A stretch of DNA of 64,000 nt from Piromyces finnis finn (Eukaryota; Fungi; Neocallimastigomycota). The position numbers were made by a program, and so were the translations under genes. Shown in pieces: positions 13,712 through 25,263 of the stretch; position 1 is the stretch's first letter, and the number at the start of each line of letters is the position of its first letter. The stretch lies in NCBI GenBank assembly GCA_002104945.1, contig MCFH01000016.1:496001-560000 (forward strand), in the 5' to 3' direction. The notes beneath the pieces are model-generated. The model had not been told where the DNA came from. It saw only the letters and a list, made by a program, of their open reading frames with translations, and did not search any database.

Positions 13712-15745
13712 ATGAATTGGAAATCAGCTATATTCACTTTAGGTTTAATCGCTAAAGCCTTTTCAGCAGAATTCTCTGTTGTTTCTTTCGCAGGTAACTG
13801 TGAAGTAAACATTGGTGGTACCTCATATCCAATGAAAAAACCAGATTCAAATGTACCACTTTGGAAGGCTAATATTGATGCCAGTAATAATACAGTGTAA
13901 ATATTATATAGCAGAAAATAATAATTAAATTTAAATAACAAGATAGTATAAAAATTTTATTAAAGTATTATCCAACTTATTAATATTATATTGTTGTTTT
14001 TTTTTAATTTATATATATTAAAGCTACAAATACATTTGTGACGGTCAAGCTGATGTTGAACGTACTCTTAATGGTAACAAGACTTATAATGAACTCATTG
14101 GTCGTCCTATAACTATTTTTGATATGCCAGAATTCGGATATCCAAATGCTGAACCATGGTCTCGTTCAATTGGCCGTACTGAACTTTTTGACCCAAACTA
14201 CGTCCCAATTGTTGTTATTGATGCCAAGCGCAGTATATTTGTAAATGGCAGTGGTGGTACTTTTAACACCATTTCTTTCATTTTAAAAGAAAATGTTTTT
14301 ACTTTTAATGTAAGATTTTTTTTTTTTGCATTCCCATAATATAAAATATATAATATATTTTCAAAATATTAAGCAAACAGAAAAAATAGAGTAATAATAC
14401 TTATATTGACATAATTACTTGATCATACTATTACTTTTTTTAGAATATTTCATCTTCTGCTAAGAATCAAGAAGAAGACAAATTCCAATTTGAAGTTAAT
14501 TTACCAGGTGAAGGTATTTATCACAGAACCAATTTAAAGTTCAGACCAAGTTCATTTGATCCAGCATTCATCCGTCAAATATTATATGGAGATATTGCTC
14601 ATGCTATTGGTAATCCAACTCACGAATCTGTTTCTGTTCGTGTTTACCTTAGTGATGGTACTCCTATTGGTCTTTATGTATTACAAGAAAATATTGCATC
14701 TGAAAGTTTCATTCGTACATCCTTTTATGGTAACTCAGATGGTTCAGTTAAAAATGACAGTCCAGGTCTTCAATATCTCTATGATTGTGGTACTGGTGCT
14801 GATTTCACAGCTAAAGATGGAAAATATTTAGGTTCCTTTATGAATCTAGTTGAACCAGATTTAAAGATTGAATTACTTGCCATGACTGAACGTCTTGAAA
14901 CTTTAGATATAAATAATGCAGCTGCTGTTGATGATTTCGATAAAAATGATCTTGATTTAGATACTCTATTCAGAGCTCTTGCTTTAGAATATTTAGCTGG
15001 TCACTGGGATTCATACTGGGGATTAACTACTAACTTTGGTGTTTATCATCCAAATGATGATTCTGGTAACTTCAAGTTCTACTTTATTGATCAAGATTTC
15101 GATCAAACTTGGGGTATTGGTATGGGCGAAGGTTATGATCCACAAAATTATCCAAATAAGTTTTATACAGACTTTGTTGGTGTTGAAAACTGGAGAGAAA
15201 TTAGTAAAAATAGTCTTGATACTACAACTCGTATTATCGTTAATCGTTTAATTGGTTGTGATGGTGCTAACAGCTGTATTACTAAGACTATGTTTGAAGC
15301 TCATCTTCAATCCATTGTTCAACACATCTTTAACCCAGTTGCTATGGGTAGAAAGGTTGAAGGCTACAAGTCACGTTTACGTGATGAAATTGTCTGGGAT
15401 ACAACTATTGAAAAATTACATACTGGTACTAAGGGTGAATATCACTTTACCATAAATGATTTTGAAAATAACATTGACACTGCTAATTATGAAGGTAGTA
15501 AATTCTACTGGGGTATTTTAGATTGGACTGAAAATATTTGTAACACTGTTTGTAATAACTTCCATATTACTTATGATAAGGTTGCTTACACTCCAGAAAC
15601 TGCCGCTCAAGCTAAAGTTAATCCAATTGATGCCGGAACTACCTATGATCCAAAATCAAACCTTAAGACTAGTGATGCTTCTACCATTAAGGTTAATGCC
15701 TTCATTATGGTCATTGCTGCTTGTTTCCTTGCTTTACTCGGATAA
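13712..15745 (+). CDS. CotH-family secreted kinase-like protein; 3 exons approx. 13712-13896, 14024-14310, 14445-15745
   Basis: Signal peptide MNWKSAIFTLGLIAKAFSA. CotH-like motifs LKFRPSSFDPAFIRQILY, IGLYVLQE, EYLAGHWDSYW..TTNF and FIDQDFDQTWG. Hydrophobic C-terminus. CotH families are known to be expanded in anaerobic gut fungi. Confidence 0.85.
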
Positions 15746-16207
15746 ATATAATAAATAAATATATAATTAAAATAACATTATTATACACAGTAACATTTAT
15801 AAGATATATGTATTGAATTGCAATCCTTTTATGTTATAAAAATATAAAAAGTTTATATTTATTCATTTTTTTTTTTTTTTTTTATGAATATAGAAAAACT
15901 TATCATTATTATCAATATATAAAAAATTATATATTATTAAATAAGAAAAAAAATCATATATATTATATATATCTAATATCTAATAATTAAAAATAAAATA
16001 TATCCATAAAGTTTTAAAAATAAAATTTAATAATCAAAAGAGTTAATAGTATAAAATATAAATGTATTTACGAAATAAGATATGTAGATAAATCTTGTTA
16101 AATTAGACATTTTTTTTTTATATCAAATATTTTGTTTTTATTTTTTAACCCAATATATAAAATAAAAGCATGAAAGTAATTATAAATATGTGTACTAATT
16201 GTTGAGT

Positions 16208-19074
16208 AACCAATTAAAAATAAAAATGGAGAATTAGTTGTTGCTACGGAAGAACAACTAGATGTGTGGCATGATCATTTCGAAAAGCTTGCATCAGATC
16301 CAAGTGGTGTAAGTCTTGATTTGGAGCATTGGTATGAAGAACCAATGAATAAACGTTTTTCACTTCCTATGCTTGATGAGTGGGATATCAACCAAGATAT
16401 TAGTATTGATGAAGTCAAGTCAGCTATCCTCTCTACTCCAAATTATAAAGCATCAGGTCCGGATGGTATTCCAATTGAATTTTACAAAGCATTAATTCCA
16501 TCAAGTAATGATTCTAATAATGCTACAGATAATAATTCTTCCGGTAATACCACTTCAGATAATGATGCTCATGGTTTAAATTTTATTCTTAAATTATTCA
16601 ACCGTATTTGGGATGGAGATTTCCCCAACTCATGGAATGAATCCAGTATTGTTTCTATTCCTAAGAAGGGAGATTTGACAGATTGTGATAACTATCGAGG
16701 TATATCACTTATCAATAATGGTATTAAGTTGATTTCCAAAATTGTCACCACTAGAATCTCAGAATATGGTCTAAAGAATAATTTCATTAGACCTGAACAA
16801 TTTGGTTTTCGAAAAAAGGAAGAAAGTATCAGTCTTTTCATTTCAATCCAAGAAATATGCCGTAGACGTCAATTAGATAATAAAGAGACATATTTGGCCT
16901 TTTTAGATCTCAGGAAAGCATACGATTCAGTCCCAATCGGTAATATTCTCCATAAATTAGATTGTTTAGGAATCCGAGGTAAGAGTTTACAATTCATCAA
17001 AAATTTATATTTAACATCTAAGGCTAATGTCAAATTAGATGGACAATTCTCGAAATCTTTTGATGTGAAGAAAGGAGTCCGTCAAGGATGCCCTCTTTCT
17101 CCTATTCTCTTTAATCTCTTTATTAATGATATATTTAAAGAGTGTGAAGATCTCGGAGTCAGTTTAGGTGACACTCGATGCTGTGGTGGACTTTTTGCAG
17201 ATGATATAGTTATTTGTGCTCCAACAAGAGGATGCTTAAAAAAGATGCTTAGAAGAGTTAATGAATGGGCCTTGTATAATGAAATGGAATTTGGTATCCA
17301 GAAGTGTTCAACGATGGTGATTCGTCCTGAATCAATAGAAAATCAGAACAAGAGAGATCCAACATTTTACTTAGCAGGACAACCCATTCCAACTACTGAT
17401 TGTTATACTTATCTTGGTGTTCCATTTGATAAGAATCTGTCCCTTAAACCAGTTATTAAAGCTCTTAATAACAAGGTTTTGAAAGGGCTTTTTTCAGTCA
17501 GTAAATTCTTAAGAAATCCTAATATTCCTATTCCCTTCAAAAAGCTAGTACTTAACTCACAAGTGATTAGCAGAGTTTCATACTTTGCACCATTACTTGG
17601 ATCCAACAAAGCCAGGTCTAGAATTGCACAGAAGCATGTTAACAAAGGAATACGATGGGTTGCCGGAGTTCATAAAGCTGTATCGTTTATATCTTTATAC
17701 TCTATCTCAAAAGATTTGAATATTCCTCCATTGTCAGCCAAATGTGCATTAGCTCAGGTTAGATGTTTTAACAAATGGAAAAACTCAAATTGTATTATCT
17801 CACACCTTGTCAATTACATTCCTAAATTTAGAAAATACACGTGGTGCAAATCAAGTAGGACACTTGATAAAAAACTAAAGAAACATGGAGATGTTAAAGC
17901 AGTTAAAAACTTTTATTGGAAAGATCTCAAAGGGAATTCAATCAAAGCGCAATATTATGATGATAATAAGTTTATTGATACTAAAGATTTTATTAAATTA
18001 TGTTATGAGTACCCAGAGTTTGCCTATGGCTTCTACTGGCTATTGAAAGCAAGAAGCGGATACAAGTTGGATGCTAGAGTTGCCAAAGCTGCCAAATTTG
18101 TTGATCCAGTTTGTCCTAACTACTGTCCATGTTGCAAGTGTGGAGATCAAAGTATTAAACATTGGTTATTAGATTGTCCAACATTTAGAGATATCCGTAT
18201 TAAACATTATGATTCCATAGTCCAGCTATTAAATTTTTTCAGTCAACGTAATTCCAATAGTCCTATCAATAATAATGAAATTGATAATATCAGTAGAGAT
18301 AGTAATAATATTAATAGTAATAGTAACAATAGTAATAATAACAATAGTAATAGTAACAATAGTAATAATAACAATAGTAGTAATAGAAATAATAATATTA
18401 GTAATGATAGCAATAGTGAAGATAATAATTCTAATTTAGATAGTAATTTAGTTAATGATAGTAATAGTTCTAATAATCCGGTGAATATTAATGTGTATGA
18501 TTATTCTAGTGTGTGCAGTAAAATATTTAAATTCCTTCTTGGGGGAAGAAGTTTTAACAATATCAATTACAATTCAAGGGAATGGAAAGAACTTTGTAAG
18601 CGTCAGATTCAATCTGGTACTAATGAAGGAACACCATTCTTGACGGTAACCGCGGAACTTCTAACCAAAATCATGCCTTTTGCTATTGGCCAGCAATGGT
18701 CAATGTTCAAAAGGTTTGAAGCAACATCCAAGAGCGTCAATGCTGAAGAAACAGTAAGACAGGCCAGGAGGGCCAGCGCAACCAATGGAGATCATAATTT
18801 TGTTCCATGATAAAATTTTGATCTTTGGCTCGGTGTCCCATTGGAAGTCAAATACAATTATTATACTTTAGTATGATAGTGGCTTTCTTACTTTAATTAA
18901 AATTACTAGAATACATTATACCCAATTTTTATTCATTTGTGTTTATTTAAACATATTTTTTTTTATTTTTATTTTATTTTAATTATTATATTACATGTAT
19001 TATAATTTTAATTAAATTAATAATAAAGTTTAAAATATTTGATGCCGTTAAAAAAAAAAAAAAAAAAAAAAAAA
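16208..19074 (+). mobile_element. 5'-truncated LINE (family B) with uninterrupted RT-CCHC frame, 3'UTR and A25 tail
   Basis: Collinear and nearly identical to 33939-36836. The 848-aa ORF differs from the full-length protein by about 8 substitutions plus indels in the N/S tract. Poly(A) at 19050-19074. No TSD found. Confidence 0.95.
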
Positions 19075-19524
19075 CTTGGTTAGTCTTTAAAGGAAAATTA
19101 TAAGATACTGAATGATTAAAAAACTTTTATCCATCTAATTTAAGTATTGATGGATAAGTTGAATGTTTGGTATTCAGGTAAGTTTGTATAGTATTTAATT
19201 AGAAGAGTAATACATTTTTTTGCTGTATTTTTTCTTTTATTCATGTATTCATGTAGTACTACTCTTCTCATGTAAGAATCCAATATTATTATATTTTAGT
19301 ATAATAGTAGTGGCTTTCTTACTTTAATTAAAATTACTAGACTACATTATACCCAATTATTATTCATTTATGTTTATTTGTTTATTTAAACATATTTTTT
19401 TTTAATTTTTACTTTTATTTTTAATTTTATTAGTTTGTTTTTCATAACATGTATTACAATTTTAATTAAATTATTAAAGTTTAAAAATAGTTGATGCTGT
19501 TAAAAAAAAAAAAAAAAAAAAAAA
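19075..19524 (+). mobile_element. Internally deleted family-B derivative: 5'UTR joined directly to 3'UTR plus poly(A), no ORF
   Basis: 19075-19284 matches the leader at 31364-31590. 19285-19500 matches the 3'UTR at ~36610-36804. Junction at a shared 'caat'. A-tail at 19502-19524. Confidence 0.8.
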
Positions 19525-19616
19525 TTAAATCTAATAATGTAGTCTTTGTTAAGGATAATATTTAACAATAGTAATAATACTAATACTGATAATAATAATA
19601 ATAATAATAATAATAA

Positions 19617-19690
<74 letters not shown>

Positions 19691-20492
19691 ATAGTAACAG
19701 TAGTAGTAATAGTAATAGTAATAGTAATAGTAATAGTAATAGTAGCAATATAGCAATAGTGAAGATAATAATTCTAATTTAAATAGTAATTTAGTTAGTA
19801 ATAGTAATAGTTCTATTAATCAGTTGTTGAATATTAATATGTATTAATTTTATTTTTATTTTATTTTTTAAATTTTATTATAATGTATTATCTTACTTAA
19901 TTTTTAATTTTTGTAAATTAATGTGTATGATTATTCTAGTGTATTCAATAAAATATTTATCCTTCATGGGGGAAGAAGTTTTAACAATATCAATTACAAT
20001 TCAAGGGAATGGAAAGAACTTTGCAAGTGTCAGATTCAATCTGGCACTTACAAAAGAACACCATTTTTGACGATAACAGTGGAACTTCTAACCAAAATCA
20101 TGACTTTTGTTATTGGCCAGTATTGGTCAATGTTCAAAAGGTTTGAAGCAACAGCCAAGAATGTCAATGCTGAAGAAACAATAAGACAGGCCAAGAGGGC
20201 CAGCGCAACCAATGAAAACCATAATTTTGTCTTATAACAAAATTTTGATCTTCGACTAGGTGTCCCATTGGGAAGTCAAATACAATTATTATACTTTAGT
20301 TTAATAGTGGCTTTCTTACTTTAATTAAAGTTACTAGAATATATTATAACCAATTTTTATTCATTTATGTTTATTTAAACATATTTTTTTTATTTTTATT
20401 TTTAATTTTATAATATGTATTATAAATTTAATTAAATTAATAAAGTTTTAAAATAGTTGATTTGTCATTAAAAAAAAAAAATAAAAAAAAAA
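19525..20492 (+). mobile_element. Degenerate family-B 3' fragment (N/S tract, ORF C-terminus, 3'UTR, interrupted A-tail)
   Basis: ORF 19923-20237 is homologous to the last ~105 aa of the LINE protein. 3'UTR is homologous. A-rich tail at ~20470-20492. Confidence 0.88.
19590..19750. repeat. (AAT)n(AGT)n compound microsatellite inside the LINE N/S tract
   Basis: Direct reading: an aat run, then >20 agt units, then agtaat units. Confidence 0.9.
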
Positions 20493-20549
20493 ATAATAAT
20501 ATTAAATATTGTTTTAATATTGATAATTATAGTAGAAGTAATAATATAA

Positions 20550-22937
20550 GGACTAAGCTCATAGTACTAAATGATTAAAAAAATATTTGTCCATCGAATT
20601 TATAAGTTATTTTGATGGATAAGTTGAATGTTTGATATCAGGTAAATTTGTATAGAAGAGTAATATATTTTGTTGCTGTATTTTTTCTTTTATTCATGAA
20701 ATGTACTACTCTTCTCTTGTATACATCATGTAAAAATACTATTCATAATCTTTCTGGTGTCGACATTCAATTCTGTTTTAAAATTTTATCAATTTAAATA
20801 TTTAATGAAAAGTAAAATCAAATAATTTTAGTGTCAAAAAGCGAATCGAATTTACTAACAACAAACCAAAACTAGAATTGACAAAGAAAATTTACAACTT
20901 GAATTTCAAAAGAAGCTTTAATTAAAGCATTGAAACAATTTTTGACTATCCAGTTAAAGATGATAGATACAAATTTTTCCCATATACATTATAGTTATAA
21001 TAATTTATTAGTATTTATTTTATATTCAAGTTATTTTTAATTAGAATTAATTATCATGTCAGTCCTTTATATAGAATTATATTATACATGGTACCCGCTC
21101 TTATGGTATTCTCTTAGATAATATTAGCTCCTTCTTTACCATTAGTATTCAATCGTGATCAGTTAGTCAGCCATGGAAAAAATTCGAGGTTATGCTGAAG
21201 AATAAATTTAATTCAGGTATTAATGTTAAATATTTTAAGAATATCAATGATCACTTTTTCTTAACCAAGATTCATGGTTCAATGAAAGACTGAAATAAAA
21301 TCTTACACATCTTAAGAAAGAAACTTTCTATTGCTTCAATTTCTTTTTCAGCTCGTAGTAATAGGAATCATAAATACACTTTTTCCTCACTCAAAACGTA
21401 AATTTTTAGTTTCTAATAAACGTCAACAATCAATCCAACCGTCAGTTCAACAATCCCATCAATATTCATATCATCAATCTAATCAAATTCAACTTCAACA
21501 AGATCTTCAACAATATTTTCAACATGAAAATATTCCAAATCTATAATAAACACAATTTCAACCTCACCATTCAACAATTAATTCTAATAGTTCTATCAAC
21601 TCTGATAACTGTTCAATAGTTGATAGCTCTTCAGTTTCACAGCCATCTAATAATAGTTTAACTAATTCCTCTGACACATCATCCATTAATAATAATAATG
21701 ACTATAATAATAATAGCAACGATTCTTCTTCATCCAACAAGCCTGATAACTTTTCTTTTGGAACACCAATGGGTGGAATCACAAGAAGGGTAGTATTAGT
21801 TATTTCATAGCTATTTTCAAACCATTATTTTTATGTTTTCAAGAAACTGGTAATGGTTCTGGATCGAATACAGAGTATCCTTGTCGTGTTACTTTACGAA
21901 ACTATAGACACTTTTTCAAGAAAGTTGATGAATTAGTTCCTGGAATGAGAGGCTTATATTTAGGTATTCACAATTCGTGTCAAACCTCACGTGAAAACTT
22001 CTCTGGAAAGTATATTATTTCTATTACACTTTTAGCCTTTGGGATAAATTCAGATGCTCGATTGGAAATGTTTATATGCCTCATAGTCATCACAACATCT
22101 ATGTTGATCACGCAAAGTTAAAAGTTCGCTTGTGGTTATAAACTCACTCGTTCCATCCATCGATTCTTGTTGGTGATTTTAGTATGTCTAAAGTAAAATT
22201 ATCCAACTGGTTATCATCTAATGGATTAGGAAATTGGGAAGTTCTTCCACTTAAAGGTTCTTCTATCTTTTGGACTCGAGGTGATCAATCTTCCAACATT
22301 AACCATGCTCTTGTCAATTCGAAAATGAAAGATCTTATTCATTCAGGATCTTTTGTAGATGATTTTTACCCTGTATCAGATCATAAGCCACACCTTATTA
22401 ATGGTATGGATGATTTTTCTAATGACTTTAATATTCCTAAGAAAATTCTGAAATGGAATAGATTAAAATGTATTGAGGAAAAAGAACCTAAAATCCATCA
22501 TTGGGCTTTAAGTTCTAATATACAGACCACCCATGGTACAGGGTGGGACAAACGATAATCTCCACAATTACAAAATTAATGAGACTACTTTTTTAAGATT
22601 AGATTAGTCATAGAAATAAGAAACTTTTACAAGTGTCTAATCAAATAAGACACTTTGAAGGATTTCTATTTTAATGGTCACTGTAGAACTTCTAATCATA
22701 GTGATGCCTTGCGTTTTTAGTAAATAATAGTTAATGTTCCAAAAGGTTTAAAGCAACAACCAAGTATGTTAATACTGAAGAAATAGAAAGACAGACTATC
22801 GCAGCCATTGAAGATAATAATTTTATTCCTTGTTTTTATTCATTTTGTTTAATTAGATTTAATTTTAAATACACTTATTATAATTTTAATATAAATAACA
22901 ACAAAGGTTTTAAAATATTATTAGTGTTAAAAAAAAA
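20550..22937 (+). mobile_element. Degenerate family-B element: 5'UTR, N-terminus and APE endonuclease, joined at ~22490 to a diverged 3' end; RT absent
   Basis: 20550-22490 is collinear with 31393-33495 but has stops and frameshifts (ATG remnant at 21056). 22690-22830 resembles the ORF C-terminus (aaaaggtttaaagcaaca...gttaatactgaagaaa). Short A-run at ~22929-22937. Confidence 0.8.
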
Positions 22938-23111
22938 GTAATCTTAATAGTAATACTATTAATAATAGTGGAGTTAATAAAAACAATAAAAATGGTTATT
23001 TTAATTCTTTAAATAATTATTTTAGTATAAATAATTATTAAATTATTAATAATAGTTTTAATAATTATGAATATTAAAATTATGTTCAAAAAAAAAAAAG
23101 AGAAATTTAAT

Positions 23112-23151
<40 letters not shown>

Positions 23152-24123
23152 AGAAAAGTTATAATTATAATAAATTTAAAAAATGAAAAGAATTTTTTAA
23201 GAGTCAAAATGTCAAAATAAAATCAAGTATATATGAAAAATTATCATTTTTAATTTTTTACTATAATTTCACATTATATTATTGATTGACAGCCAAGTTA
23301 ACCAAAAATATCAACACTATATATTTCTTTAAAAAAATATAAATATTATGAATGAAATGAACATTTATAAAGTATTGAATAATTCAATTTTCTATTCCAA
23401 TATTAATAATTATCAATCTCTGAAATAATTGTATAAAATTAATTATATAAAATTATATTGTACGGGTTAGGTTTATTTAATAATGTTTAATGAAATGAGG
23501 GTTAGGTAAACTAATAAAACTATGAAATTTGAATATAAATCATCGAAGGTAATTATTACAAAGATAATTATTGATAGAAATAAAAACTTTTTATTTTTAA
23601 AGTAATAAAATAGTAATTGATTCAAAATTATTGTTTTAATAAAATAATTATTAAATAAAAATATTAATTTAAAACAACTAACATATAAAATAATTATATT
23701 ATAAATTATTTTATAAAAATCTCTCTTTTTATTTTTCCTTAAAAGTAATGCATTTTATATATCATAAATTAAAAGAAAAAGCTTCATTTAAGAAAGGAAT
23801 TTTATTTTATTTTATTAAGATTTATTTACAATTGTTTTATTAATTTTTCATATTAAAGTAAATATATAAATTTATATACTTATAGATTTATATATATATA
23901 AAAGTTATGTTAATGTTATTGGTTATTGTGTTAATGGTATATTGTTTGTATATATATACAATATAATATATTTAAAATTTGTTAATCATTATTTTTTTTT
24001 TTAGAAAATAATAATTAGTAAAATGTGTTATAATAAAGTTCCTTATTTATTTATTTATTTTTTTTAAGATAGAAAATATATATTCTCAATCCTTATTATA
24101 AATTCATTTACAGGATTAAATTA

Positions 24124-25263
24124 TTAATCACAGCCACCACAATCACCACCATCATATCCACCATCATATCCACCATCATATCCACCATCATATCCACCAT
24201 CATATCCACCATCATATCCACCATCATATCCTCCATCATAATCACCATAATTGTCATATTCATTAAATCCTTCATAATCAGCATAGTCATTATCATCACC
24301 ATCAGAATAATCAGAGTTAGAAAAACTTGAAGAATCAGAAACACTAGAGGCGCTTGAACTATTATCATTATTACCATTGTATGGACGATTATAACCATAT
24401 TCAGGGTATCCATGATAATGATAATTATGACCATGATGCATATTATGGTGAAGTTCGTTTATAACCATACCTCCAGCTAAACCAGCAAAGCCAGCACTAG
24501 CAATACCAACACCATATGGAATATTTGAATTACCTGAAGAATGGTCTTCTGAGGAATGATGACCATGTTTATCAGAAGAATGATGATGACCAGAAGAATG
24601 ATATTGATGATGCTTACCAGAAGAAGAGTGAACTTTATGAGAAGAATGCTTTTTTCTTTGCTTATTTAATCTATAATTTTTACCCTTTTCAAGGAAAATA
24701 AGAGCTAAACCAAACATTAAGGCCATATCTATTCCTGGTTGAATTTCAACTTTGAATCTGTTACTACGTGGAATTTGTGAAATTCTACAAACAAGTGGGG
24801 CTCCCATTTCTTCTTGACCATAAAAAATACCACCACAACAAAATCTTTTATCACAATTCATGTCAAATGCTCTTGTTTGATTATTAAGTAAATTGGTGTA
24901 ACTAACATAAAATCTTTTACCATGTAATCCATTTGGAGTTACTCTTTCTTCAATTGAAACAATACTTCTATCATTCTTTTTACCCTCATAAATTATAACT
25001 GTAGATTGTGGTGTAGTACTAAAATTGAATAATGGTTTTTCTTCCGAATTATATATTATTTTTTTATTGGTTTTATTGGAATTCGAAAAATACCTTTTAT
25101 TGTTAGAATCTTTTAATTTATATTCAAATTTTCCTAAAAAAGCAGTTGATTTCTTTAATATTAAAGTATATGGAGTTTGTGCAATATATTCAGTTCCAAT
25201 AGCTGCCAATTGTTCAAATGGTGCATACATAGGTTTATTAAGTAAGTCTTTGAAGTAGCCCAT
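24124..25263 (-). CDS. LURP-one-related/tubby C-terminal-like protein with a His/Ser/Gly/Asp/Tyr-rich tail, 379 aa, intronless
   Basis: N-terminal ~190 aa show the LOR pattern (LILKK...YKLKDSNN...PLFNF...FKVEIQPGIDMALMFGLALIF). The tail contains (YDGG)x7. Confidence 0.7.
   Translation of the reverse strand: MGYFKDLLNKPMYAPFEQLAAIGTEYIAQTPYTLILKKSTAFLGKFEYKLKDSNNKRYFSNSNKTNKKIIYNSEEKPLFNFSTTPQSTVIIYEGKKNDRSIVSIEERVTPNGLHGKRFYVSYTNLLNNQTRAFDMNCDKRFCCGGIFYGQEEMGAPLVCRISQIPRSNRFKVEIQPGIDMALMFGLALIFLEKGKNYRLNKQRKKHSSHKVHSSSGKHHQYHSSGHHHSSDKHGHHSSEDHSSGNSNIPYGVGIASAGFAGLAGGMVINELHHNMHHGHNYHYHGYPEYGYNRPYNGNNDNSSSASSVSDSSSFSNSDYSDGDDNDYADYEGFNEYDNYGDYDGGYDGGYDGGYDGGYDGGYDGGYDGGYDGGDCGGCD
24147..24240 (-). 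repeat. 12-bp coding tandem repeat encoding (YDGG)x7
   Basis: ccatcatatcca units on the + strand; the translation shows YDGG seven times. Confidence 0.9.

Noticed and set aside
12185-13941. Short AT-rich ORFs (12185-12379, 13666-13941, 554-745, 43866-44081 and others)
   Set aside because: They are I/F/Y/L/K-rich products of AT-rich non-coding or intronic DNA, or off-frame overlaps of real exons.
19500-19782. Poly-Leu and poly-Ser/Asn ORFs (also 35974-36194)
   Set aside because: They are alternative-frame or antisense readings of AAT/AGT microsatellites within LINE sequence.
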